NCBI GenBank assembly: GCA_000002445.1
Contig: CM000208.1
Span: forward strand, 3,616,001 to 3,680,000
DNA: 64,000 nt
Direction: 5' to 3'
DNA from: Trypanosoma brucei
Lineage: Eukaryota
The translations under genes and the position numbers were made by a program. Below, one piece after another: positions 50,828-61,893 of the stretch. How positions within the stretch are numbered: position 1 is the first letter of the stretch; each line of letters begins with the position of its first letter. Under the pieces are notes generated by a model that did not search any database, was not told the DNA's origin, and worked only from the letters and a program-made list of their open reading frames with translations.

Positions 50828-53800
50828 ATGTTACTGGATTTCGTCCTAAAGTACGTTAGAGGAACTCATCCAGCGGATTCTGAGGATGCGTCAAAAGAGG
50901 GTAGTCCCTCTGCGGCGAGTGCATATGGGGGAAAGGATAGAAAACACCATCCGCCTGCAGAGGGACACCGCTCACCGCCAGATGAAAATGTATCCGGTAA
51001 TGAACAAGGGAGGGGGATTATGACTCTCTTACCAAAGGTTCCGTCTGCAGAATCAGTGCGCGATAAACCCTTCTACAGTAACGGCAGCGGTCATGGGGAA
51101 CGAAGAGAACTTGATGGTCATGAAAAGGAATCATCAGTTGATGGGAAACACCGCCAGCACCGGTCCCACGTCCTGCCGTCCATGGATATGGATAGGGCCC
51201 CGTCTCAATTTTCGGCGAGCGGTAGCAGACAGCTGGAAGGACCTCACGGGGTTAATTGCGCCCAAGTAACTGAGCAGTCGCTAGAAGTACATGATCCTAA
51301 CGACGGTGTAGACAGATGCCACGATAGGAGTGGGACAGGAACGGCCCACGATAATAACCGATTAGCTGCAGATCAAATCGGCTGTACGGCTACGGTTGCT
51401 GAGGAGCTGCGGGCTCATAGGTCAACTACACCCATTAAAATAGTAAATGCAGCTGCGCAGAATGTGGAGGACGATATTGACGATGACAATGAGGTTGTGG
51501 GGAACGCCCTAGTCAAACCTATGACCCCCCAAAGCTACTCCTCGCTAATGTTCAATAGCGACTTCAGAAAGCTGAACTATAAGGAAGACGACATCAAGCG
51601 CCGTATTGCAGTTGGCGAGGGCCGCTCATTACTTATACTTCAGAACAGGGGTGTTTCGTGTGACGCGTTGTCTGCGATTCCCGCACTAGAAAGGCACGTT
51701 AGCGACGCGCGGAGTTGCCCTGCTCGTAGCGTACAGTCCAGCGAGTGTGCTGGTGGTGTTCTAACCTCATCTCCGCGAAAGGAAGAGCCGCAACGGGAGA
51801 GAAACTTCCACAGCGAAAAGCGGCCCCCAACAGCGGACACGGATGGCCAAACAATATGCACGTGCGGGTTGACAGTGGGCTCATCACCAACAGAACAATT
51901 CTCCTGCCCCGGGGGAGCGGCTGAAGATTCTTTTAATCGTAAGACTTGCAAAATTCACGGCACCAATTTAGGTTGCCGAGCACATTCTTCCGAGCTTATA
52001 AGTGAATGGGTCAGCGAGTGTATACCTCCTGAGCCCGTGGAACTCATTAATGTGAACGCGGGACGTCCGCGTGTAAATGTGTTGAAGAAAGGCGTCATCA
52101 ATTGTTGTGTCGCCGTCAGGAAGTCATTAGATGATGCAAAAATGATGCTTAACAACAAGTATGTCATATACTTTAGGTGGTGCCTTGGCGTGGGGTCTTC
52201 CTCTAAAGTGTTTCTTTGTTATAATCTTCATGAGAAAGCGTTCTACGCCATGAAGGTCTACAACCGTGGGAGGCTTAGACGTAAGGGTTTTGGGGCGAAC
52301 TGCGCCTTGAACAATGTGCGGCGTGAAATTGATATAATGAAGAAGTTAAGGCATCCTAACATACTTTCACTTGTTGAGGTGATCGACGACCCCTTCAGCC
52401 GAAAAATTTATTTAGTCCTTGAGCTTGCCGAGAAGGGCGCTGTCATGACATTGGAAGGTGACGGCACTGTCGTGCCAAGTGTTAGTGGGGCTGCTCTGCC
52501 AGAAGAAGAAGTCGCACGGGCTATACGTAGCGTCGTGGAAGCGTTGATTTACGTCCATGACCTTGGTATCGTTCACCGTGATGTGAAGCCGCAAAATATT
52601 CTTCTGGATGCGGAGGAGTGTGTTAAACTCTCCGATTTTGGGGTCTCAATAATGGTGGATGGGTGTACCTCACCTGTTCCACGTGAGGGAACAGTGGCGT
52701 TTCTACCCCCCGAAATGTTAGCTTCGAGTGAGGTACGGGTTGCCCTCTCTGACGCGGCATCCCATAAAGACACTAGTATCGGGAGCACGAACAGCCATCA
52801 GGTGTGCTCAAGAATGAATGACGAACTGCCCGTAAAAACACTCCCGGAAGGTGAGAGAGAAGAGATTGGTAGTCTGCAAACGACCGACACGTCTGTGAGA
52901 ACACAGAATGACAACGCTTCGGTTTCCGTTGGTAGTGAATGTAAACAAGTTGCGAGCACTGGTGTAGCTTCCTTATCGGGGAGCAATAACCCAGGTTGTG
53001 AAGTGTCTCCCTCAGACTGCGCAGGATTACCCGCATGTGATCCCACAGGTACTCCCGTGGCTGATTTCTTCAAGGCAGACGTCTTCGCCTTAGGTGTCAC
53101 TACGTTTGTGCTTCTCATGGGCCGACTGCCATGGTTGGCCCGTAGCTCCCGCTCCCAGATGAAAGCGATCAACGCGCAGCCGGATCCCTTTGAAGAGCCG
53201 CTTCGGAAGGCATACGGGTGTCCCAGCGGAGAGGGCCTGAAAGGTCCGACACTCTGCAATCGGTCGCTTCATGGCTCCGAGCCCCCAGAGAGCAGCGCAA
53301 TCTTTTTAGAGGGAACCACGGAACGGACAGCTTCACAACAGATGTTTAGCTCTTCATCATGTGGCCGGTTCTTGGCATCAAATGATGCGGATACACTTGA
53401 TCATCATGTTAGTCGTAGTTCCACCAAACCCGATTGCACCGACTGGTGTAATAGCGGTATGTCCAGGGTCAGTAGGGAAGATGAAGTCGGTGCACAACTT
53501 TTGGCATCGTCCCCGACTCAGTGCGCAATTGGTGGAGAGTGGAAAGACAGTAAGTTGCTTCAGTCGAGTGAGGTCGGAGGGTCCCCACGAGCTCACGAAG
53601 AGGCTGATGGCGCACAACGCTCTCCGTACGGTCATACTAACACGTCGATGCGTGTTTGTTGTGGTTGCAGAAGTAGTTCCAACACGGCAACCGTGCCTAC
53701 GACTTCCTTCGGTTCGTTAAGTGAAGCGGGGAAGGCGCCCGTGTCAAGAGAAAACAAGCCCGAATTTTCAGCAGTTTCATGTTTTTCTCAACCAAATGCG

Positions 53801-54292
53801 GCCGGAGAGGCGACACCCTTTCGTCGCACCCACTCTCCATCCAAGTTCCCTTTGGGTAGAAGATCAACATCTGTGTTTGTTAGCAATAATTCATCTTTGC
53901 ACAGCTGGAGGATTCAAGAGGGCCACCAACCACATGCTGGAGATGCGGTGCTCAACGAGGATTTGGAAGGTTCATTGACTAGTGACGCCAACTTCCCTCT
54001 GTCAGCGGGGAGGGAGTTTACCTTTCCTCTTTGCCAACACTGTGCTACGTGCAACAACACTAATAACGGCCCTTACACGGAGTCTGGTGTGGGAGACACG
54101 ATGTCAGGAGAACAAACCTCAGGAAGCAAAATGGAGGTGCCAGAAAGAAGAGGATTGCCAGAGACGGATACGCACAAGTGCATCTCCGCTGATGCCATTG
54201 AGTTCGTGAGGTCTTGCCTAAGGATTAATCCCATGGAACGTAGCACCATGAAGGAACTGTATGAAATGCCGTGGCTACAAAAGGGACGTTAG
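50828..54292 (+). CDS. Ser/Thr protein kinase, CaMKK-like catalytic domain, with an N-terminal extension of about 430 aa and a C-terminal extension of about 400 aa
   Basis: The ORF-track start at 50816 is GTG. The ATG is at 50828. 'YAMKVYNRGRL...REIDIMKKLRHPNILSLVEVIDDPFSRKIYLVLELAEKGAVM...IVHRDVKPQNILLDAEECVKLSDFGVS...DVFALGVTTFVLLMGRLPW' resembles CaMKK2 'YAMKVLSKKKL...[29 protein letters not shown]...IIHRDIKPSNLL...IKIADFGVS'. Confidence 0.8.
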   Translation: MLLDFVLKYVRGTHPADSEDASKEGSPSAASAYGGKDRKHHPPAEGHRSPPDENVSGNEQGRGIMTLLPKVPSAESVRDKPFYSNGSGHGERRELDGHEKESSVDGKHRQHRSHVLPSMDMDRAPSQFSASGSRQLEGPHGVNCAQVTEQSLEVHDPNDGVDRCHDRSGTGTAHDNNRLAADQIGCTATVAEELRAHRSTTPIKIVNAAAQNVEDDIDDDNEVVGNALVKPMTPQSYSSLMFNSDFRKLNYKEDDIKRRIAVGEGRSLLILQNRGVSCDALSAIPALERHVSDARSCPARSVQSSECAGGVLTSSPRKEEPQRERNFHSEKRPPTADTDGQTICTCGLTVGSSPTEQFSCPGGAAEDSFNRKTCKIHGTNLGCRAHSSELISEWVSECIPPEPVELINVNAGRPRVNVLKKGVINCCVAVRKSLDDAKMMLNNKYVIYFRWCLGVGSSSKVFLCYNLHEKAFYAMKVYNRGRLRRKGFGANCALNNVRREIDIMKKLRHPNILSLVEVIDDPFSRKIYLVLELAEKGAVMTLEGDGTVVPSVSGAALPEEEVARAIRSVVEALIYVHDLGIVHRDVKPQNILLDAEECVKLSDFGVSIMVDGCTSPVPREGTVAFLPPEMLASSEVRVALSDAASHKDTSIGSTNSHQVCSRMNDELPVKTLPEGEREEIGSLQTTDTSVRTQNDNASVSVGSECKQVASTGVASLSGSNNPGCEVSPSDCAGLPACDPTGTPVADFFKADVFALGVTTFVLLMGRLPWLARSSRSQMKAINAQPDPFEEPLRKAYGCPSGEGLKGPTLCNRSLHGSEPPESSAIFLEGTTERTASQQMFSSSSCGRFLASNDADTLDHHVSRSSTKPDCTDWCNSGMSRVSREDEVGAQLLASSPTQCAIGGEWKDSKLLQSSEVGGSPRAHEEADGAQRSPYGHTNTSMRVCCGCRSSSNTATVPTTSFGSLSEAGKAPVSRENKPEFSAVSCFSQPNAAGEATPFRRTHSPSKFPLGRRSTSVFVSNNSSLHSWRIQEGHQPHAGDAVLNEDLEGSLTSDANFPLSAGREFTFPLCQHCATCNNTNNGPYTESGVGDTMSGEQTSGSKMEVPERRGLPETDTHKCISADAIEFVRSCLRINPMERSTMKELYEMPWLQKGR

Positions 54293-57152
54293 GTCAGTAG
54301 AGATAGTGAAGAGGGGAGCACACACACTTCATGCAAAAAGAAAAAAAAACGAATCATTTTGTCTTTAAGCAACATTGCAGGGGAAACACACGAAACACGT
54401 CGTAGGCCTATAGATCCCGATCTCGAAACCACGTCGGTTGCTTAGAGGAGTGAATAATTGGCTTTCATTATGGGCCTCGCGGTGTACTAATACGTATCTT
54501 TCCGTGCCGTGGGCAATAGTTCCTTCTAGTCGGTTGCAATGTCTTGTTTGTTCTTTCTTCCGTGAAACGCCGAAGAAAAATAATTGAAGAATAAGTAAGG
54601 GTTGAATTGCCACCACCTGCTGAAAGCGTACGATTGCTTAATGTGAATGCGGAAGGCTGGCAGAATAGACGTTTACAAGCACTTTAGTGCCTCTGTGCGG
54701 ATTGACGACAGTACCAATGACTCGGTAACCACATTAAAAAAGGAAAAGAAAGAAGTTACTGCAGGGAAGTAATGTGGCCCACGCCAGTATGTGTAAGCAT
54801 TCCCACCTTTTTCTGTTTTGCTTTGTTGTGCGTTTATTCAACTGTTAAGGGGCCCAATGGGCCGGTGAGAGTTACCGTTAGGAGAAATTTCGTTTGAACT
54901 CCAACACGCCACCGTGCAACAAAAATGTACACAACAAAACTGCTACATGCGTGAAGCAAAAAGAAAAATACAGCGAAGTGAAACTTCACAAATGGAGTGT
55001 AATGCAGCTGAAATGGGAGCTGATTTCTTTTTTTTACAGATGTTTGGGATGCTGTACGTTGCTGTTGTTGCTTTACTGCTCGTCTTAGCCTAAATGTAAC
55101 AAACCAAAGAAAAAGAGAGCGTTGATTCAAGTTAGTGTTACACATCTGAAGTGAGGGTTGTGTAAGTTGTGCCAGTCAAGTTTCGAAGATAAGCATACCA
55201 ACGAAAAGGAATTATATATATATATTAGGAGCATTCATTATAAGGTAGAAAAGCACTTTTAAGGAGGGGAGGGGAATACTTTCCCCTTCTTTTCATACCT
55301 GCGCTTCGTTCAATCCTTCTCACCGTTTTCGTTTTTCTCCTTTTTTCGTTTCCTTCCTTTCTTTTTTTTGTTTTGTTTCATCAGAATCGTGGATGACTAA
55401 AGGAAAAAAAAACTTACTATTATTATTATTGTTACTATTGCGATTTCGAATTGAAGTGCAATCGGTTTCGCTTTCCACTTTCCGTCCCAGACAATCATCT
55501 TTTGTTTATTTGTGCGGAAAACCTCATAATGAAGCCTGTGCGTGTATAAGGTTACAAGGCAAAACATTGCTTTTGTACCCACACATACATATATTCAGCG
55601 GGTTTCTACTTATGGCTGCGGTTACTGATCAAAATAAAATGAAACTTTTTTTATAAAAAAATTTTTTAAAAGAGAAAAAGGGACGTAAGAACCCGGTATT
55701 TATGATATATATATATGAGTAAAGAAACCTTTATTTTAAAAAAAAAAACTGTTTTACACATTCCCACACCCACTGCTTATATTACATGGAAAAAAAAACA
55801 ATGCGTTGGTCCTCTTTTTTTTTTTTTTGTGCGTGTGTGTGTATGTATGAGAGAGAGAGAGAAGGAGTGGGGTATTGTCAACTCTGTTGGAATTGGGACG
55901 AATGACTCTCAATTTTATTTTCTTCTTTTATTATTGCTCTAAAGGAACATATAGCACCAAGAAAGATAGGTTGAGTTTATGTTATTATTGTGGGTGTCGG
56001 TATTACATAAGGCTCTTTTTTTTTATGCGTAAAGGAGAGGAGGACTGATGTGCTGATAACCCATTAGCCAAAAAAATAAAAGATGGAGGAATATCGTGGT
56101 TCCGTATTTCATGTGAGTTCACGTGAAACCACATGTGTTGTTTATGTTGAAGGCAAGACAAGACAAGGGAAGACAAGGGAACATATTGTGAGTGATGTCT
56201 CCTTAGCACGGTGAAATGTTTATTGAATCCGTTTTTGTCCCGCTTCCTCATGTGCTATATCCACGCTACCGTATTAATTGTATCGTAGCTCAGGTGATTT
56301 AGTTCTTCTTACCAGATATATATATATATATATATATCTGTCTATGTATATATGTATGTCTATTTTGAAGTGGCAGCGTGCCCAATAGTAACAATAACAA
56401 CTATTATTGTTATTATTATGTGTATTTTGACGTTACTGGAGTTCTTCTGCTCTACTGCCACTCGTTTGCTGGAAGCCGTTTATTATTATTACTTTCTTTC
56501 TTTCCTCATTTCTTTTTTTTTCCACTATCGCTAATTTATGCTGTCATTTTATTTACATTATCACTCCTTTCAACACAACACAGCGGTTACGGACATATAT
56601 AAATATAAATACACGTATAGTGAAGTAGGAAAAAAAGGAGAGTAGAAGAGAATAATAGGTGGGCAAAAGGTAGTTTTTGCAGCTTTGTTATACTTTGTAC
56701 CGCACTCAAGGGACGTACACTTTTCCCTTTTTTAAAAAAAATTTACTTTCGCTATTATCATTTCCTTTTATTATTATATTATTATTGTTATTGTTATTAT
56801 TATTTGTTTATTTGTTTGTTTTTATATAATTTGTTAGCCCTTGTGGTCACCGTCGTGTCTCTTCTGTTGGTGCTGTTGTTTGTTCCGTACAACTTGGGAA
56901 AAGGTTTTTTTTTTGTGTGTGTGTGGGGTCCTTATTTGGTTCGGTAAGTTTTCGTTTTTCTTTTTCATATATTTGCCACCGGTTGTACTTCAAGTACCTG
57001 CTTGGTTTCTCCGGCTTTTGTGTAGGTGTGAGTGTGTGTGTTTCTTCTTTGTACTTCACCCTTCAATTTTTTTTTTTCACGTGTGTTCGTGGGGTATTAC
57101 ACTAAGGGGAGAAACGGAATCGCAGGCGGAAGAAAAATAATAATCGCAGCTA

Positions 57153-57205
57153 TAAATAAATAAATAAATAAATATATATATATATATATTTATTTATTTA
57201 TTTAC
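57153..57205. repeat. Near-perfect AT palindrome of about 54 bp: (AAAT)5-(AT)8-(ATTT)4
   Basis: 'taaataaataaataaataaatatatatatatatatatttatttatttattta'. The two halves are reverse complements, so it could form a hairpin or cruciform. Confidence 0.85.
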
Positions 57206-57274
57206 TTATCATTTATTTAATTGTATAATTATAATTTTTTTGTTGGCTCCCGCTTTCGCCCGCCTGCCGAGAAG

Positions 57275-57303
57275 AAAACAAAACAAAACAAAACAAAAAA
57301 ACA
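57275..57303. repeat. (AAAAC)n pentanucleotide repeat
   Basis: 'aaaacaaaacaaaacaaaacaaaaaaacaaaag'. Confidence 0.85.
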
Positions 57304-57394
57304 AAAGAAGAGCCAGAGGAAAGGAGAGTAGTAAACAAGCGGTGGTACTGCTGTTGAAATCCCAATACTGATATATACAAGAAAAACAACAACA

Positions 57395-57455
57395 TTATTA
57401 TTATTATTATTAGTTGTGAAAACAACAACAACAACATCAACAACACCAACAGCAG
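57395..57455. repeat. (TTA)6 followed by an imperfect (CAA)n
   Basis: 'attattattattattattag...aacaacaacaacaacatcaacaacaccaacagcag'. Confidence 0.85.
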
Positions 57456-58296
57456 TAATCCACCCAAATAGCCAAGTCAGGGAGTTAAGAAAATTAGAAC
57501 CGTGCCAGGAAAGACAAAAGAGAACAAAACTGAGCAAATCAAAACAAAACAAAAAAGGCCGAGAAAACATACCTGAGGGGCGAAATTAGAAGGCAGAGCG
57601 GCTAAGCGGTAACGTTAAAAGTGAAAATAAGAAAAAGGAGAACAAAGCGGAATAGCGAATAAAGTAATTATCGAAGAAAGTGACGGCTGAGGTGCGAGGA
57701 GGATTTAATCGAACAAAAATAGGGTAAAGAAAAAAAAATTAAAATAAAATAACAGAAAACACGTGCCTAAAGGGGGGAAAGGTCAACAAGAGTAGGGGAG
57801 AAAGGAACAAAGAACAGAGGGAGTGGTGCGGGGTGAGCGTGCGAAAAAAAAAGGGAATTAAAAAAAAAAAGCTGTTTTTTTAAAAAAAAAATAAAAAAAA
57901 TAAAATAGAATAGAGCTGGAGCACACCTGTGTGTGTGGGGGGTCGCGTAGGGAAGCTATTGCTTGCTGCTGAAGCAACGTAAGCGGGTGGACAGGACATC
58001 AGACACCAACTGTCAGCACTGATTTTTGGGGTTTTGTGTAAGTTCGTGTGTTTGTTTCGTTGCCAAGTTGCTAGGACATAAGCGGAGACGTACACAAACA
58101 TACAAGAAGCTGGAAAAGTTTTTATCGTTGGAGAGAGTACCCGTCAGGCAAAAAAAAAAAGAAGAAAGGTCACGAAGAAAAAAAAGAAGAAAACACAACG
58201 TACACAAACGTTCGGATACTTTGATACAATCATAAATACAATACATTTATTTATTTACTGAAGAACCCCTGTCGTATAGTAAACACACGGGAAAAA

Positions 58297-59652
58297 ATGT
58301 ATCCAAAAAATAAGCCCCTGCCTCCGGAGGCCGCCGGACGCGCAGCGGAGCTTTCGAATAGGAATCCGCCACCAGTAATCGTCGAGAGTAACTCATCATC
58401 GCGGACGAGGGCGTTTGCATCGAGTGTTCCTCCGGCTCCACCCATGCCCGTTGCACCATGTGGCGAAATAAATGGAACCAGTTTGATTCGCCATACACCG
58501 GGGAACGACCTCTTACACCAGCACGCTTCCTTCAATCAAACTGTCCCCGGAAATATTATGAATGCGCAGAGGTTAAGCCCCGTTGGAAGTGGGAGTTTTC
58601 AGATGTCCAATAATAGCCTCTCCAGCAGCGTCCCGCACGGCCCTGGAGTTATGGGACACCCAATAAAACCAATGTTTCCACCTTCGGTTCGTCCTCCACC
58701 GCCATATGCAGCGGTGTCGCCCAACTCGAGCGGGATTATAGAAGAACGGATGTTGGACACATTTGGCGGCACCCGCTCATCGCATTCCATGACTTGGGGA
58801 CGTCTAAACCAAACACCTCCGCCTCCCCCACCGCCACCCCCGCCGCCGTTCATGGCTGAGCTTCCGCCTTATCCCGAAGCCGCTGCCGCTGCAGTTCCTC
58901 CACCACACCGGTGGGCTCATGGCAACGATACGCTGGGAGGGCCTAAAGTTAAAATAAATGGAGAATCTGCAGCTCACACCTCTCAATCGGATAAGAATGG
59001 AGAAGTGCCTTCGACTGAAGTGGAGGGACGAAAGAGTGAATCGGATGTATGTGGGGAAGGGAGCGAGTTGTTGTTGCAGCAGTACCGTTCCGATGTGAGG
59101 TTTCTCACGAAGCTGGTTGTAGCCCTTTTAGAACGTATGCATCCTGCGAATTCCTGTATTTCGGGAACGAAAACGGAAGATGTACAGAAGGATGGTAGTG
59201 ACAACTCCACGGCAGAAGACTCAAGTGCGGGTGAAGGTACTTCATCGGCACTGAAAAAGCAACTGAGGGAGTTGGAAAATGTTATTACTCAGCTCCAGGC
59301 CAGGGAGGAGGCGGCGATGTCTCCCAATACTCAACGGCTATTCGATCGTGTTCTCTCCATCCCGCAGTTGACTGCCCTCGCCTCTCGAGTGGGAGGTGCA
59401 AGTGGAGGGGCATTAATGCCACATCGCAGTGTGAGTTCCTTTGGGGGAAGCGATGATGTTCTTTCACTTCGTGTCTCTTCAGAGGTGAAGGCATATATGC
59501 GGGCGGTGGACTTTGAAACAACGCGGCCGTTGATGTTAAACGTTGTTGTTGCAACGGACTCCGCTGCGAGCTCACGAACCCCCTCACGAACCACATCACT
59601 ACAAGGTGTATCCGCTCCTTGTGCAAAGGAAGAGACTACAACCCCTTTGTAA
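58297..59652 (+). CDS. Hypothetical proline-rich protein (451 aa) with PPxY motifs and a C-terminal coiled coil
   Basis: ATG at 58297. It is GC-richer and more codon-like than the surrounding low-complexity DNA. It contains 'PPPPPPPPPPPPF', 'PPPYAAV', 'PPYPEAA' and 'LKKQLRELENVITQLQAREE'. Confidence 0.5.
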   Translation: MYPKNKPLPPEAAGRAAELSNRNPPPVIVESNSSSRTRAFASSVPPAPPMPVAPCGEINGTSLIRHTPGNDLLHQHASFNQTVPGNIMNAQRLSPVGSGSFQMSNNSLSSSVPHGPGVMGHPIKPMFPPSVRPPPPYAAVSPNSSGIIEERMLDTFGGTRSSHSMTWGRLNQTPPPPPPPPPPPFMAELPPYPEAAAAAVPPPHRWAHGNDTLGGPKVKINGESAAHTSQSDKNGEVPSTEVEGRKSESDVCGEGSELLLQQYRSDVRFLTKLVVALLERMHPANSCISGTKTEDVQKDGSDNSTAEDSSAGEGTSSALKKQLRELENVITQLQAREEAAMSPNTQRLFDRVLSIPQLTALASRVGGASGGALMPHRSVSSFGGSDDVLSLRVSSEVKAYMRAVDFETTRPLMLNVVVATDSAASSRTPSRTTSLQGVSAPCAKEETTTPL

Positions 59653-61870
59653 TGAAATTAAATAAAATGTGGAAAAGGGGGAAAAAGGAAGAAGGGGATG
59701 ACGAAGTGAAGTTGCAATGTGTTGAAGGTTAGACTGGAGCGTGGCGGAACTCGTTATATGGCGTGCGTGCCTGCGTGTGAGAGAGAAAGAGAAAGAGAGA
59801 GAGAGAGCGTTTGTTTGTTTGTTTATTTGCTCTCTTTTTTTTTGTTTTTTTTGTTTTTGTGAAGAGCGACAGTGGTGGTGCTGGTAGCAGGGCCACTGTA
59901 TGTGGCAACCGACTTCTCACTTTCTTTTTCTTTTACTTTTTTTTTTTTGCTCTTTCCACTTCACGCACACAAGCGGGGCCGCTGATCTCCACTTTGTTTT
60001 GGACGTTTATTATTTGTGCTTTTCCTTTAATCTTTCCCTCCCTCCCTATTTCTCATCCTAGTGAATCCTGTTTTGTTTTCTTACACCCATTCTTTTTTTT
60101 TTTGGAGGAAAAAAATAAAATAAAATAATAATCCTTTCCTTCTGTATGTTTACATTTCCTCCCATTCCATTGTTGTTGTTGTTCTTATTATTGTGTTTTT
60201 TTTGTTTTTTCCACAAATTTCCTCGCAGTTCCCTCCGTTAACATATATTGTCACACGTGTTTGTAGGTGTGTCACAATATATGATATTTTTCAGTTTTTT
60301 CTTCCTCGTGTGTTGGTATTGTCGTTGTTGTTTGGGTGGATCATTTATTTCTCTTCGCACCTTCGAATAAATAAATTGTCGTTTTCCTTTTGTTCGTTTG
60401 GTTCTCTCGTTTGTTATATCATTATTGTTTTGTGCTGTTATTGTCGTTGTGATGCCCCATCCCTCTTCCCCCCTCTTTTTTTTTTTTACTCCTTTCCCCT
60501 TTTTGCGCGTGCTCTCTGGTTCCTTTCTTATTCTCGCTGTTACCCATGCTTGGCTTCCACTCTTGCGATTGGGCTTCTATAGAGGGTGTAACGACCTCAA
60601 TGTTAAGTTCATTTTGTTTTGTTTGCTCGCTGAGGCTCAGGTAACCACCAGCTAACACCGAAATCCACGAATAAATAAATAAATAAGTATATATATATAT
60701 ATATACATATATACACTTCCATATATGTTCAATGCCGTGATATGCATTCGCATGACTATCGTAGTTGTTTTTTAACTATCAATTTTACCTCTATTTTAAA
60801 GCCCTGCAGCATTTACTATCCATGTCTTTTTTTTTTTCGTTTTTAGCTTTCACGTTCACCTTCCTAATTCCCCTCATCCTTGTTGTTATTGGTACTATTG
60901 TTATTGTTATTATTATTACTATTATTTATTGATTTGTTCATGCGGTCAGGGTATCTTTCGGGTGGTGTGTTGGGTGGAATCCACAAGGATTAAAAAAAAA
61001 TAAAATAATAAAACACAAAAGGAACCAAAGGGAAAGGGAAAGGAAACGGGGGAATAGCAAGGGAGAAGGAAAAAAAAACATAATAATAGTAACGGATAAG
61101 GTTTCGGGAATTGAGAGATGAAATGTGGAGCGTTGACAGCTAAAAAATAAAAAATAAAAAAAATAATAACAACAATAATAATCAAGAAATTAGAAAGACT
61201 GGTGTGGATCTGTTGCCGTGGTGCCGAGTTTCGTTTTGTTGTTGTTTTTTTTTCTTTAGGAAAAGAGGAAAAGAGATGTACGTCGATTGCTTGTTTTGTC
61301 ACACCCTTTTTTAATTTGTTTCCCTTCTTTCATATTCTCAATCCCCCTCTTTTTTTTTTCGCACACACGTACACACACTTTATCTTCTTCATTATTAACA
61401 TATTCGTTTTTTTTTACTTTTTTTTTTACTTTTATATCTTTCGTTATGTTGAGGCCCTCATGGTCACGGCGTATTGTGTGAAGTGTAGGTGTATTCTGAT
61501 GAAGATAAAAAGAAAACAACTGTTTCCTGTTTTGTTTCTTACGTCCACAAATTTCCCTTCAGAATTGTCTTTTTTTTTCTCTTTTCTTTCAATTTTTCTC
61601 CTTTTTCTTTCATCCCCCGCTCCTTCTTCACTTTTCCCTTCCCCCTGTTGTACACTTGCGGCTTTACATGTTTGACAGCAGTGTGAGGCTTTTGTGCCTA
61701 TTACCGTCATTATTGACATTATTATTACTTTTATTATTATTATTATTATTGCTAACGATGCTGCTATCGTTATTATGACTTGTATATCACCTCTCATGCG
61801 CTGGTTTCTTTTTTCACTTCCTTTTTTTCTTTTTTTCTTTTTCTTTTTCTTTTTGTCACTTCTGTCCATT

Positions 61871-61893
61871 CCTCCTCCTCCTCCTCCTCCTCC
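61871..61893. repeat. (CCT)8 trinucleotide repeat
   Basis: 'cctcctcctcctcctcctcctcc'. Confidence 0.9.

Larger units (their letters stand above)
54300..58296. other. 4-kb non-coding interval downstream of the kinase gene. The first ~600 bp is of complex composition, followed by alternating T-rich and A-rich low-complexity blocks
   Basis: No credible ORF. T-rich blocks lie at 55300-55400 and 56760-57100, and A-rich blocks at 57240-57960 and 58100-58200. It contains several microsatellites and the palindrome at 57153. Confidence 0.7.

Noticed and set aside
60193-61869. ORFs of 120-160 aa in the 59.8-63.5-kb block (60193..60582 +, 61202..61675 +, 61444..61869 -)
   Set aside because: They are translations of poly-T/poly-A low-complexity DNA (Phe/Leu/Ile or Lys-rich), with no coding-like composition.
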